Positions 28,448 through 38,154 of a DNA stretch of 43,613 nt are shown piece after piece. The DNA is from Candidatus Daviesbacteria bacterium (GTDB lineage Bacteria; Patescibacteriota; Microgenomatia; Daviesbacterales; UBA10151). Each line of letters starts with the position of its first letter. The stretch's first letter is position 1. The stretch spans positions 1 to 43,613 of the forward strand of contig JAUSKZ010000034.1 in the NCBI GenBank assembly GCA_030646805.1, in the 5' to 3' direction. The notes beneath the pieces are model-generated. The model did not search any database. It was not told the origin of the DNA and worked only from the letters and a program-made list of their open reading frames with translations. Made by a program: the position numbers and the translations under genes.

Positions 28448-30029
28448 TTTTTTGATAGACCCGGATTACCGGGTGATCAAAAACACTCCAGGTTTCTTCG
28501 GCTTGTTCATCTGGAATTTTAATATTTAAAAAAGGGATAGTAGGGTATGAATCAAACTGGGCAACTTTAACAAACCCTAATTTATCTTCAAAAAGATTGT
28601 CATAAAAGTTGGCTGTTTTAGGGTACATCTCCGGTAATCTTTGGTGGTTTGAAAATACCCTTCGGCTTTGAACTATAAAATAATCGGATTTTGCAAGGGC
28701 TAGAGCTACTTTTAAACGGGCGCTTGGATCGGTATCAAGCGAGTAAAAATCAAGGCTAATTTTAGTAAATTGTCCACTAGTTGGAACTTCAACCATATTG
28801 CCTCCTTCTACCAAAACTACAGAATTTTTAGGCAAGTTTAAAAGTAACCAATCTTGGGCCTGGACTCTAACATCAGGCTGAATATAGATTGAGAAAAAGG
28901 CTACAGTCCACAAAAGATGTAAAAAAATTGGGATCAGCAGTAATTTTTTAGGAAAATATTTGACCAAAAAGCAGCTTGAGAATATAGCAAAGAACGGGAA
29001 AGTTGGCGATATAAACCTGGTCCATTTAGCAAACAACAAACTGTTAAATAAAAAGAGCGATAAAAATCCGGAGAGTAAAATTAACAACCCAAGACCACTC
29101 CTTTTAAAACTTTCTTTTAAAAGGAGTAAAAATCCTAATACTCCAAAAGTCAATAAAACTGGGCCCAAAGCATAGGGGAGAATATCGGTTAATTGAAATA
29201 AAATTCCCGAAGTTTGGATAAATTGGCGGGTATAAAAAACTGGGATAACTCCTCTGGCGAGACTTCCTTCATATTGGAGGTTACTTAAAAAAGCTGGAAA
29301 ATCTAAAAAAATAAATGGGGCAACGATAAGAAGTGTTAAAAAAGCAGAAATTAAGAAAATTAAAAAGAATTGGAAGAGTTTTAGTATTTGGTTTTTGTGA
29401 GTTAATATTGCACATACAAGAACTGCTAAGATAAAAACTAGACTGCTGGCCTTGACTCCGAGGGCCAAGCCAAAGGAAATCCCCGAAAAAATTAAACTTA
29501 AAGCTGTGGGTTTAGTGTAGTATTTCAGTAAAAAAAATAGACAGAGCAGAAGGCAAAAAATTAAAGTTGATTCCGGAGTAGCAAAGTGAGCTTGTTGAAC
29601 CGCACCGGGCGTGGTGGCTGTGAGCAAGGCCGCAAGAAGAGACAGTTTAGAGCTTCCAAAATAAGAGGTTATTTTAAAGACTAAAAATATCGAAGCGGTT
29701 GAAAAAAGAGCGGAGTAAAAACGGCCGATGAGAAAAAAGTTAAAAGTTAAAAATTCAAAGTTAAAAATTGAGTTTAGGAGAGAGAGAATCTCTTTAGTAA
29801 AATAGATTAGATAGATAGAGACGGTGCCATATGAGAAGAAGTTGGGGTGCATTTGGGTAGGAAAGGACAATTGGCTTGCCGAGATAACAATATGGTACTC
29901 GTCTGGGTGAGTAAAAAATCCTTGCCCAAAGTCTAGTTTATAAAATCTTAAGAAAGCCCCGATTATCAGGATAATTAAAAGTGCAAAGTTAAAAGTTAAA
30001 AGTTTTGGTTTTGAGTGGTAACTTTGCAT
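28395..30029 (-). CDS. ArnT/PMT-like (GT-C) glycosyltransferase, paralogue of the adjacent gene
   Basis: THPDE, FFSYGT, QQAHFATPE, KWTRF, EETWSVFDHP. Confidence 0.88.
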   Translation of the reverse strand: MQSYHSKPKLLTFNFALLIILIIGAFLRFYKLDFGQGFFTHPDEYHIVISASQLSFPTQMHPNFFSYGTVSIYLIYFTKEILSLLNSIFNFEFLTFNFFLIGRFYSALFSTASIFLVFKITSYFGSSKLSLLAALLTATTPGAVQQAHFATPESTLIFCLLLCLFFLLKYYTKPTALSLIFSGISFGLALGVKASSLVFILAVLVCAILTHKNQILKLFQFFLIFLISAFLTLLIVAPFIFLDFPAFLSNLQYEGSLARGVIPVFYTRQFIQTSGILFQLTDILPYALGPVLLTFGVLGFLLLLKESFKRSGLGLLILLSGFLSLFLFNSLLFAKWTRFISPTFPFFAIFSSCFLVKYFPKKLLLIPIFLHLLWTVAFFSIYIQPDVRVQAQDWLLLNLPKNSVVLVEGGNMVEVPTSGQFTKISLDFYSLDTDPSARLKVALALAKSDYFIVQSRRVFSNHQRLPEMYPKTANFYDNLFEDKLGFVKVAQFDSYPTIPFLNIKIPDEQAEETWSVFDHPVIRVYQKNVKLSESFYVQSFNQQL

Positions 30030-30049
30030 TTTGAACTTTGAATTTTAAA

Positions 30050-31318
30050 CTAATTCTGGTCTACTAACCTCGCTATCTCTTCTCCCATTTTGACAGCATA
30101 GTTGGTGCCGCGATCCCAAGGATAAACCATGTCCATATTAGCTACATAAACATTCGGTAAAGGCGACTTAAAAGTTGGGATGAGTTTCGAATAATTTGGA
30201 GTAACAACCGGTTGGGCAAAAGGGGCGGCAAACAGTTGATATGAAAGGAGTGATCCGTCGTATGTTGGATTAATTTTTTTTAAATATGGATCAAAAATCT
30301 TAAGTAGCTCTGAACCTTTCATCTTTAAATAAGGGTGGTTAGAAGGTAGGTAATTACCGATATAAAGAATATGTTGATTACCATAATGTTTGGAATCCAT
30401 AAAATTAGTGTGTTCGGCCAAAACGAGGTATGGAAAGTTGGAGTCTGAGATATTTAACCAATAAGTCCCTCCCATAAAAGGTTTATCTAAGATTAGAATT
30501 AAGTTTAAAGCGTGAAGGTGAGGAATTTTGGAGACTCGCTCAATATAGTCTGAAGGTAACCCCCGGGTTATTTTAGTGAATATTGGTGAAGGTAAAGTCG
30601 AGATTGCTTTATCAAAAAGATATTTTTTTCCTTGCGCTTTAATATAAACTTTCCCCGCTTCTTGTCCTAACTCTGCAACTTCCATATTAAGGAAGATCTT
30701 CCCTCCTAAATTTTTAACTTCTTGGGCGACCCTATCAGCGAAGGATTTAAAACCGCCTTCTGGATAGGCCAACGAGGGGGTTCTCTTTTTAATCCTGGCC
30801 CAAAACCAACTTAAGGTAATCTCATTTTTATACTCTCCGAATTTACCGGTAAAAAGTGGCTCCCAGATTTTTTTGGTAATATCTTCTCCCATATATTTTT
30901 TGAGCCACGGTAAGGCATGGATATTTTCAAATTGAGAATAGTTGTTAGTGGATCTTAGGTAAAATAAAACCAAGCCGGCCCGGAGTCTATCTAAAAAAGA
31001 TAGGTAAGGAAATTTTAAGAGAGCGAGAGGTGAATCAAGGGCCAAAACCTCACCGTTTATATAGACGTTTGTTTGTGGCCTTTTGATAATTACTGGGTAA
31101 TTTAGTTCCTGCGCTAGGTTTAAAACCGAGTCGTCGTTTGTAAACCAATGGTGGTAAGCTTTCTCCAGAGTCCAGTCCCAGTTTGGAAGTTTAAATCCTC
31201 CAGCTAAGCCGCCAAAACTATCCTCTTTTTCAAAGATAGTAACCTGATGGCCTTTTTGTAGAAGCCTTAAGGCGGCCGACAGGCCGGTAAAGCCGGCTCC
31301 TAAAATTAAAAGATGCAT
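30050..31318 (-). CDS. FAD-dependent oxidoreductase (amine oxidase/protoporphyrinogen oxidase-like fold)
   Basis: ILGAGFTGLSAA, GGLAGGF, LEKAYHHWF, YPEGGF, YPWDRGTNYAV. Confidence 0.88.
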   Translation of the reverse strand: MHLLILGAGFTGLSAALRLLQKGHQVTIFEKEDSFGGLAGGFKLPNWDWTLEKAYHHWFTNDDSVLNLAQELNYPVIIKRPQTNVYINGEVLALDSPLALLKFPYLSFLDRLRAGLVLFYLRSTNNYSQFENIHALPWLKKYMGEDITKKIWEPLFTGKFGEYKNEITLSWFWARIKKRTPSLAYPEGGFKSFADRVAQEVKNLGGKIFLNMEVAELGQEAGKVYIKAQGKKYLFDKAISTLPSPIFTKITRGLPSDYIERVSKIPHLHALNLILILDKPFMGGTYWLNISDSNFPYLVLAEHTNFMDSKHYGNQHILYIGNYLPSNHPYLKMKGSELLKIFDPYLKKINPTYDGSLLSYQLFAAPFAQPVVTPNYSKLIPTFKSPLPNVYVANMDMVYPWDRGTNYAVKMGEEIARLVDQN

Positions 31319-31319
31319 T

Positions 31320-32216
31320 TTAAATCTCGCTCCAGATGGATTGGTCCCGGGAAAAGATATCTTTTAAGATCACTAAAAACTTTGGCTGATAATTTATAAC
31401 TTCAGCCGGGGGAACGTTTTGTTGGGATCTAGTTTCCCGGTGAAATTTGGGCCGAGCTTCTGTGCCGGTTTTGAGAAAAATTACTGAGCCGTTAATCACG
31501 AGCTGCAGGGAGCTGGTACTGGGTGGGTTACAACTAATGGTTGAAGGATTGCTCGTTAGAACTCCAGTTGAGGTAGAGCAAAATCCGCCGTGGGCAATTA
31601 AAAAGGCATCAACTTGGGTGACGTCTTTATTAATAAAAATTGTCCCTTTGACGATAAAAACTAAGCCCCCCTGATCATGGTTATATTCAAGTTTGTTTCC
31701 TTGAGGGGCAAAGAGTAGATCGCCATCAACAAATATCACCCCAACTTTATCCCCGACAATATCATTAGTAATATCACTAACATTATTATTTTTTTTCAAG
31801 ATGTTTAAGTTTCCGACGATATGATAAAGACTACCATCCGGATGATTCACGTTAATTTTATTACTCGAAGAGAGAACTCCATTTAATGATGTGGTGATGG
31901 TTGTTTTCTGATTACTCTTTGATTGGTCAAAGTAAATAGATAGCATCTCTTCATAAGTAGGTATAGAAAATTGAGGTAACTTAGCAGCTTGGCCAATCAG
32001 GCAAGACCCTAGTTTTCCAGTTATAGGAGTTGGTCCCAGAGAAAAGTTTTCGATACTGTCAGAGTTTCCGACCTCAAGCAGGGCGTTGGAATCAACGATC
32101 ACTAAATTACTGCCTCTGGTTGGACAATTTTGAGCTAAGGTCCTGGATCCTGGAAAAAGATAAAAGGAGAGAATAAGCAAGCCTAAGGATAGGAAGCTAA
32201 ATTTTAGATAGATCAC
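31320..32216 (-). CDS. Secreted hypothetical protein
   Basis: Signal peptide; VIFVDGDL...FIVKGTIFI...VDAFLIA...LVINGSV...PAEVINYQP. Confidence 0.75.
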   Translation of the reverse strand: MIYLKFSFLSLGLLILSFYLFPGSRTLAQNCPTRGSNLVIVDSNALLEVGNSDSIENFSLGPTPITGKLGSCLIGQAAKLPQFSIPTYEEMLSIYFDQSKSNQKTTITTSLNGVLSSSNKINVNHPDGSLYHIVGNLNILKKNNNVSDITNDIVGDKVGVIFVDGDLLFAPQGNKLEYNHDQGGLVFIVKGTIFINKDVTQVDAFLIAHGGFCSTSTGVLTSNPSTISCNPPSTSSLQLVINGSVIFLKTGTEARPKFHRETRSQQNVPPAEVINYQPKFLVILKDIFSRDQSIWSEI

Positions 32217-32986
32217 TGTAACTTTAAGCTGGATAGTATTTGATCCATCTCCAAAAGTACGGCAGTGTTAATTTTTTCTTCCAGAATATTTTTATTGGAG
32301 AAGTCTTTGGAGTAATAAGTAATTTTAACTTTGGTTTTCTTTTCAGGACTCTCAAAGCAGTATTTTAAAGCAAAAGGTGCCTCAGTCTCGCTCCCCAGTT
32401 GAGGTAACTCACCTTGAAGGCGGCGGAAATAAATTGGAACAGGATGAGGGTCTTGTTGGGTTGTTCCAATAGATGGTGAGCTACCCTTTTCAATATTACC
32501 CCGGAGCGCTTCTCGGCCTAAAGCTTGAATTTTAGTAAATGTGGTCGGGAAGCCAGTTTTCCAGGTACTGGAGACAGTTCCGGCACAGGAATCGATGCTA
32601 AACTCTTTTTGAACTTCCAGCCAAATCAACCAGTTATTTTCCCGGTTTAATTTTATAAGAGTTGTATCAGCTCCGGTTGAGGTAGTGATGAGTCCGGCTT
32701 CTTCGTGTTTTTCACCCCGCTTTAAAACAACTTCACTAATTTGCCAATTGCCGGGATGGGTAAATGCTAGTCCAAGCTTAGGGTTGGAGTAGGTTTGAGG
32801 TTTACTCAGATCCGGCTTGGAGTCTCCCAACATCGGGGTAATTTTGGAGATTAAGCCAATATTTTTTTGGCTGAGATTTTTAGGAGCAGATAGTTTGCCC
32901 GAGGCAATCAAGGTTACCACGATAATCAAGATAGCCCCTAGAAAGCAAAATATCAACAGAGTTTTTTTAGAAAGAAAACTATTCAT
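32213..32986 (-). CDS. Membrane-anchored hypothetical protein (PsbP-like opening motif)
   Basis: N-terminal TM; TYSNPKLGLAFTHPGNW; ends MDQILSSLKL. Confidence 0.7.
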   Translation of the reverse strand: MNSFLSKKTLLIFCFLGAILIIVVTLIASGKLSAPKNLSQKNIGLISKITPMLGDSKPDLSKPQTYSNPKLGLAFTHPGNWQISEVVLKRGEKHEEAGLITTSTGADTTLIKLNRENNWLIWLEVQKEFSIDSCAGTVSSTWKTGFPTTFTKIQALGREALRGNIEKGSSPSIGTTQQDPHPVPIYFRRLQGELPQLGSETEAPFALKYCFESPEKKTKVKITYYSKDFSNKNILEEKINTAVLLEMDQILSSLKLQ

Positions 32987-33029
32987 TTTTCTATCGTACT
33001 ACCCTCAAACACCCTCCGCAAGTCTACTC

Positions 33030-34952
33030 TTAACGATTCGTGTAGACATCGCCACCGGTTGTCTTAAGTTTAGGCCGGAGGGTCGGGGTGATAATTAGGC
33101 TACTACAGGTGGCGCTGACGCCGGGAATTGCGACATCAGCACTTAAGTTGATAGTGGCGCCTTTACTCGTAGCTGTATCTTCATCACGGTAGGTATGGGT
33201 CACATTTTGAGCACTGCTGGTAATGCCATCAAAACTCCAAGCATAGTCATAGATGACCTCAGGTCCGCCAACTCCGTTTAAATCTCCGCCGGAAGGTTGT
33301 GAGACCCAGGTCATCGGATCACCCCGAATAATCGGCGAAGGAGTGGGGTAGCAAGAGACTCCGAGAGCAGTATAAACATCTATCCCAGTAGCCCCACCTG
33401 CGCCGGTACAAGTCCCGGTGGCAATTTCTCCGAGGGAGTAAACGCTGACGGTGGCCTGCTTGCAGGATTTTGGGGTGGTGTAGGTAACTTGTTTGGGGTT
33501 ATATAAGGAGCTTGGTTGAGGAGCAGGAGTAATCTCATCCCCGCTCCAGTTAGAGGCATAAGAGCCGCTACCACCTTGGGCGGCGGCGGTCCAGGTAGCA
33601 GTTCCGGTTAATCCAGTAACTGTCGGATCGGGAGTGCCGATACAAGACAAAACTTGGGGAGGATCAAAAACTCTAATTTGATCGACAGGTGGTAACCCTG
33701 GAGGAAATCCTTCCGGAGGAGCCGAAGGAGGATCGGCAATTCCGTCCCCATTACTGTCAAATCTACAAGAAGCAACAGGAGTAGTCACTCCTAGGTTGGT
33801 ATTGGAAACAGTAACGGTTTTTGAACCGGTGGAGTTGTAAGTTGTGATATAAGTATCAGTATTATTGGGTGGGGGGGAGTTGGGATCAGTGTTGGCTCCG
33901 GTAGCCTTGTTCCAATTATAGACATAGCTCCCATTGCCCCCGGTAGCCCAGGCTTTATAAGTAAATTCGGTAAATCCAGTGATTCCGAGGTTTGTCCCTG
34001 AACCCGAGGTATAAGTACATCTAACAGTTGGGGGATCATAGACATCAACTGCTGGACAAACGGTAGTTGAGGTGTCGTTAGCTGAGGTTAGTTGAATCGT
34101 GGCAGTTTTACTTACCGGGGTAGTTGAGCCAACTGTGGGATAAGTAACCGATTTGGTACTCGTGGTGTTGGAAGTTGGGCCTACGGACGAGGAAGTCATA
34201 TTAGTCCCACTCCAAGTGTAGGTATAGCTGCCGTTGCCTCCTGCCGCGGTAGCATTCCAATTTCTGCTGACTCCTGAAAAAACTGGCGCGGTGGGCGGGG
34301 TACAACTAACTACTAACTCTCCGTAGATATTGGTATAACAGGTGGCGGTGGCTGTCTCGTTTGGTGAGGTCCGGCTGGCGGTAACCGTCACTGACTTTGA
34401 TGTGGGATTGGCACTAGAGTAACTTTTAGTATAGGTAGAACCACTCCCAAGACCCCCATCCCAGCTATAAGTTACCCCGGTTTTGGAAGCAGTGGCGGTA
34501 TAGGTGACGTCTTTATTTATGACATAAGGATCAGGACTATCGGAACAGGTGATTGAGAGGGGGAAGGCAAAAGGAAAAGTGGTAGTGGCGGTATTACCAA
34601 CGTTATCGGTGCTGGTGGCGACGATTGTATGGTCGGCGTTATCCGAATTAACGCTTCCGGTGTAGGTAAAATTAGTGGTTGAGTTATGAACTGAGGCTCC
34701 ATCTAGAGTAACGACCAGTTGTTTACAACCTGAATTGGCATCGGTACAGGAGGCAGTTAGGGAAACATAACCACTACTACAAATAGCTCCACTAGCCAAA
34801 GCCAATGCCGAGCCTCCACAGGTAGCGGTGACGTTGGCTTCAGGCGGCGCTAAATCTATATCTATAGTGGCTTCAGCAGAGTTAAGCTTAAATACTATCA
34901 AAAATATAAATACCGGAAGGATGAAAAAAACCAGCTTTCTAGGAATATTCAC
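33030..34952 (-). CDS. Secreted Thr/Ser-rich surface protein with tandem PKD/Ig-like repeats
   Basis: Signal peptide; about five repeats of C..P...(W)TA.A.GG.GSY.Y.W......TY...K.ATV...C. Confidence 0.82.
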   Translation of the reverse strand: MNIPRKLVFFILPVFIFLIVFKLNSAEATIDIDLAPPEANVTATCGGSALALASGAICSSGYVSLTASCTDANSGCKQLVVTLDGASVHNSTTNFTYTGSVNSDNADHTIVATSTDNVGNTATTTFPFAFPLSITCSDSPDPYVINKDVTYTATASKTGVTYSWDGGLGSGSTYTKSYSSANPTSKSVTVTASRTSPNETATATCYTNIYGELVVSCTPPTAPVFSGVSRNWNATAAGGNGSYTYTWSGTNMTSSSVGPTSNTTSTKSVTYPTVGSTTPVSKTATIQLTSANDTSTTVCPAVDVYDPPTVRCTYTSGSGTNLGITGFTEFTYKAWATGGNGSYVYNWNKATGANTDPNSPPPNNTDTYITTYNSTGSKTVTVSNTNLGVTTPVASCRFDSNGDGIADPPSAPPEGFPPGLPPVDQIRVFDPPQVLSCIGTPDPTVTGLTGTATWTAAAQGGSGSYASNWSGDEITPAPQPSSLYNPKQVTYTTPKSCKQATVSVYSLGEIATGTCTGAGGATGIDVYTALGVSCYPTPSPIIRGDPMTWVSQPSGGDLNGVGGPEVIYDYAWSFDGITSSAQNVTHTYRDEDTATSKGATINLSADVAIPGVSATCSSLIITPTLRPKLKTTGGDVYTNR

Positions 34953-35015
34953 TGCATCTTCTATTAAAAGCTTTTATGAGTACTTCAGTCAAGTTTAAAA
35001 GTGCGCATCACTTCT

Positions 35016-36497
35016 TTATACTTCATTAATTTTCTCTAGAAATTCCGGATACCAAACATCAAATTTATTTTCTGGTAAAATTAATGCTTTGTCTGGCTGA
35101 AGTTCTTTAATAAACTCTTCAGTGTGACTAACTATTAGTATCGTACCTTTATACTCCTTAAGCACTTCAAGAATGATCCGCTGAGACATAACATCAAGGT
35201 AAGTTGTAGGTTCGTCAAGTATCAGGAGATTGTAATCATGAAGTAATAATTTTGCCATGGATAGACGAGTTTTTTCGCCTCCAGATAATGAACCTATTGT
35301 TTGAAAGACCTTTTCCCCGGGGAAAAGAAATTTCGCGAGCATTGATCGAACCATATTTTCTGGCAAGTTAAACTCCTCTCGAGTTGCTTCAATTAAGGTT
35401 TTATTTAAATCAAATGTCTCAAGTTCTTGAGAGTAATATCCTAGTTTAAGATTATTATCTCTTTGAATTTCACCAGAGTCGGGAGTAATTAAACCCACTA
35501 GTATCTTGATCAAGGTGCTTTTACCAGCTCCATTTGGTCCAATTAAGGCTATCCGTTCGCCACGTACTATTGAAAAGTTAATATTACTCAGTACTTCCTT
35601 CTCGCCATAAGATTTGCCAAGGTTAGTAACCCTAATTGGTAACTCTCCTACCCAAGAAGGGGTAGGTAAGTTTATTTTTATTTTTTTAACCTCTTGCGGC
35701 AGATCTGGTAAATTAATTTTTACTCTCTCTATTCTTCGTTGAAGCATAACTCTTTGCCTAACTCCTTTCTCGGATCTGTTTTTTCTCAAAATTTTCAGGC
35801 TTTCTTCCATCCTCTTAATATGTTTTTGCTCAACAACGATATGACGAGTTAGTAAAGCGTCTTTCTCCGCCTTAAGTTTAAGATATTTACTGTAGTTCAC
35901 TTTATATTCTTCAATTTTTCTATACTGAGTATTGATAGCTAATACTTTGTCAATATAACGGTCTAAAAGACTTATGTCATGTGAGATCAAAATTAGAGTC
36001 TTGGGATAAGAACTTAATAGATTCATTACCCACTTTTTTCCTTTTACATCAAGAAAATTTGTTGGTTCATCTAAAAGAAGTATGTCGGGTTCAACCAAAA
36101 GCGCTCTTGCCAAAGCCAACTTGGTTTTTTGTCCACCACTTAGGATCTTCGGCGAGGAGGTTAGATCGAGGTAGGAAAGTTCTAATCCCTCAAGCATTTT
36201 CCTAAGTTCGTAATCTCCTTTGGTATTATTTACATCTAAGTATTCCCTCACAGTTGCGCTCGCGTCCAATACTGGATCGTTTTTTACTTCTTGTGGAACT
36301 AATTCAATATTGCCAGTAATCTCAATCCTTCCTGCATTAGGCGTTTCTTTTCCAGTAAGTAAATTTAAAAGGGTGGTTTTACCAGATCCGTTAGGGCCAA
36401 CCAACCCAACTTTTTGGTTTTTCTCCACAGAAAAGACTACTTCGTTAAAAATAAGATTAGATCCGTGAGAAAATGATAGATTTTTAGCATTAATCAT
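35016..36497 (-). CDS. ABC-F family ATP-binding protein
   Basis: Two NBDs (GPNGSGKTT/LSGGQK/LLLDEPTN; GPNGAGKST/LSGGEK/LILDEPTT), helical linker, no TM domain. Confidence 0.93.
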   Translation of the reverse strand: MINAKNLSFSHGSNLIFNEVVFSVEKNQKVGLVGPNGSGKTTLLNLLTGKETPNAGRIEITGNIELVPQEVKNDPVLDASATVREYLDVNNTKGDYELRKMLEGLELSYLDLTSSPKILSGGQKTKLALARALLVEPDILLLDEPTNFLDVKGKKWVMNLLSSYPKTLILISHDISLLDRYIDKVLAINTQYRKIEEYKVNYSKYLKLKAEKDALLTRHIVVEQKHIKRMEESLKILRKNRSEKGVRQRVMLQRRIERVKINLPDLPQEVKKIKINLPTPSWVGELPIRVTNLGKSYGEKEVLSNINFSIVRGERIALIGPNGAGKSTLIKILVGLITPDSGEIQRDNNLKLGYYSQELETFDLNKTLIEATREEFNLPENMVRSMLAKFLFPGEKVFQTIGSLSGGEKTRLSMAKLLLHDYNLLILDEPTTYLDVMSQRIILEVLKEYKGTILIVSHTEEFIKELQPDKALILPENKFDVWYPEFLEKINEV

Positions 36498-36680
36498 TCA
36501 CGTATTATCTATTTTTTAAGATAGGAGATCAAATAGTGTCTAGTCTCCGATGCATCTAGAATGGTTTAAGTTAAAATCAAAGATACATGCGCACTTTGGT
36601 GACGCGAGCAGTACTTCGCTTCGCCCAACCAGCGCTATTAGTTGATAACTCTAGGTTTTTTTGTAGTATACTCTCAAATT

Positions 36681-36776
36681 ATGCTGAAGAAATCCCAAGA
36701 AAAACTAGTTTTTGTTACTAGGAACTTAAATAAGGTTGATGATGCTCAAAAATTAATGCCGAGGAACACTTGTTAA
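36681..36776 (+). pseudogene. 31-codon ORF resembling the N-terminus of a Ham1/RdgB NTP pyrophosphatase
   Basis: MLKKSQEKLVFVTRNLNKVDDAQKLMPRNTC*; LVFVTRNLNK resembles the Ham1 xFxTxNxxK start. TATACT box 8 nt upstream; stop overlaps the aminotransferase stop. Confidence 0.45.
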
Positions 36777-38053
36777 ATGGCCTCCTGAATACTTTTATTT
36801 AACATTGATATTGCTTCCTCGAATTCATCGACGCTCATAAAAAAACTTGGAGATAATTTAATGTAATCACCTTTAATGCCAGCTGTTTGAATTATAAGAT
36901 GATTATCAAAAGCTTTTTCTCTAACTTTTTGAGCCAAGCCCTTATTTTTTTGAGGGTCTTGGTTATCATAACCAAGTTTGAATCTTAAAGCCATCCCATT
37001 TCCATCAATACTACTTACTACTGGAAAATGGCCTAATTTATTTAGAATATGAAGCATTATATCTCCATTTGATTTGACAGTTTTCTCTAAACTTATTTTT
37101 TGAGCATATTCCAATGTTCGATTAGCAATATATATACCAAATAAATTGCCGGAGAATGTAGAGTCAAATCCTGGCGCGGATAAATCTATTGACTCAAAAA
37201 AATTTTGAGTAGCGATTAGCGCACCTAAAGGGTAATATCCCCCAGCTAAAGATTTGCCCACTAAAACTATGTCCGGTTGTAATTGTGACTGTGTATGATT
37301 GTAGAAAGTTCCAGTTCTATATACAGCGGTTTGAATCTCATCACAAATTGAGACAACCCTATACCTATTTATTAGAGATATTAAATCTTTTAAGAACCCA
37401 TCTGGAGGTGAGATAAAACCAGCTGCTCCCTGTATAGGTTCAAATATGACAGCTGCAGTATCTTCTTGGTGTGACCTTAGATAATCATCTAGGGATGATA
37501 ATGCAGAACTTGCATCAAGTTTAGATTGGGTTGACTTGCGATCAGGGAAAGGAAAAGATATAGACTCTCCTGGTAATGGTTTAAATTGTTTTTTATTAAC
37601 AAAATGTTCATCAGTAGATAGCATAGCTCCAAAACTATATCCATGAAAGCCACCTTTAAAGGAAATAATTCCTGATTTTTTTGTATGTGCACGAGCTAAT
37701 TTAACTGCCGCATCGACTGTTTTAGAACCGCCAATTGGATAGTAGACAAGCCTATTAGGGCCAGGCTCTAAATAAGTAATAAGCTGACGATCTAAGTGGT
37801 CTCTAGAAGTAGAAGTAAACGCAACGACGTTATCATATAACGATGCTGCCTCAATAACAAAATTCTGAATATTTGGATTCGCGTGTCCAAAGTTTGCAGA
37901 ACTATACCCCATTATCAAATCAATGTAAGGCTTACTATCATCTTCGAACCAAACCTTATGTCCACTTGCTAAAGCTACCCTTTTGTGAGGGTCATAGTTG
38001 GCTGTTTCCTCAATAGGATTATGCGTAAGTTCCGTCTCTGGCCTTTTAAGCAT
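36773..38053 (-). CDS. Class III PLP-dependent aminotransferase
   Basis: YIDLIMGYSSANFGH, GGFHG, FEPIQG, DEIQT...RTG, PDIVLVGKSLAGG (PLP Lys), STFSGN. Confidence 0.93.
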   Translation of the reverse strand: MLKRPETELTHNPIEETANYDPHKRVALASGHKVWFEDDSKPYIDLIMGYSSANFGHANPNIQNFVIEAASLYDNVVAFTSTSRDHLDRQLITYLEPGPNRLVYYPIGGSKTVDAAVKLARAHTKKSGIISFKGGFHGYSFGAMLSTDEHFVNKKQFKPLPGESISFPFPDRKSTQSKLDASSALSSLDDYLRSHQEDTAAVIFEPIQGAAGFISPPDGFLKDLISLINRYRVVSICDEIQTAVYRTGTFYNHTQSQLQPDIVLVGKSLAGGYYPLGALIATQNFFESIDLSAPGFDSTFSGNLFGIYIANRTLEYAQKISLEKTVKSNGDIMLHILNKLGHFPVVSSIDGNGMALRFKLGYDNQDPQKNKGLAQKVREKAFDNHLIIQTAGIKGDYIKLSPSFFMSVDEFEEAISMLNKSIQEAI

Positions 38054-38154
38054 AGCTTTAGTTACTTACAAATATCGTATAGTATAGCACTCAGATAATC
38101 ATATCTAGATTTGTAAAATTAAAGTTAGTTACATTTTTGTCTATAATCTCAACA

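Noticed and set aside
36681..36776. RiPP precursor for the C39/ATP-grasp cluster
   Set aside because: No double-glycine leader, and the sequence resembles a Ham1 N-terminus.
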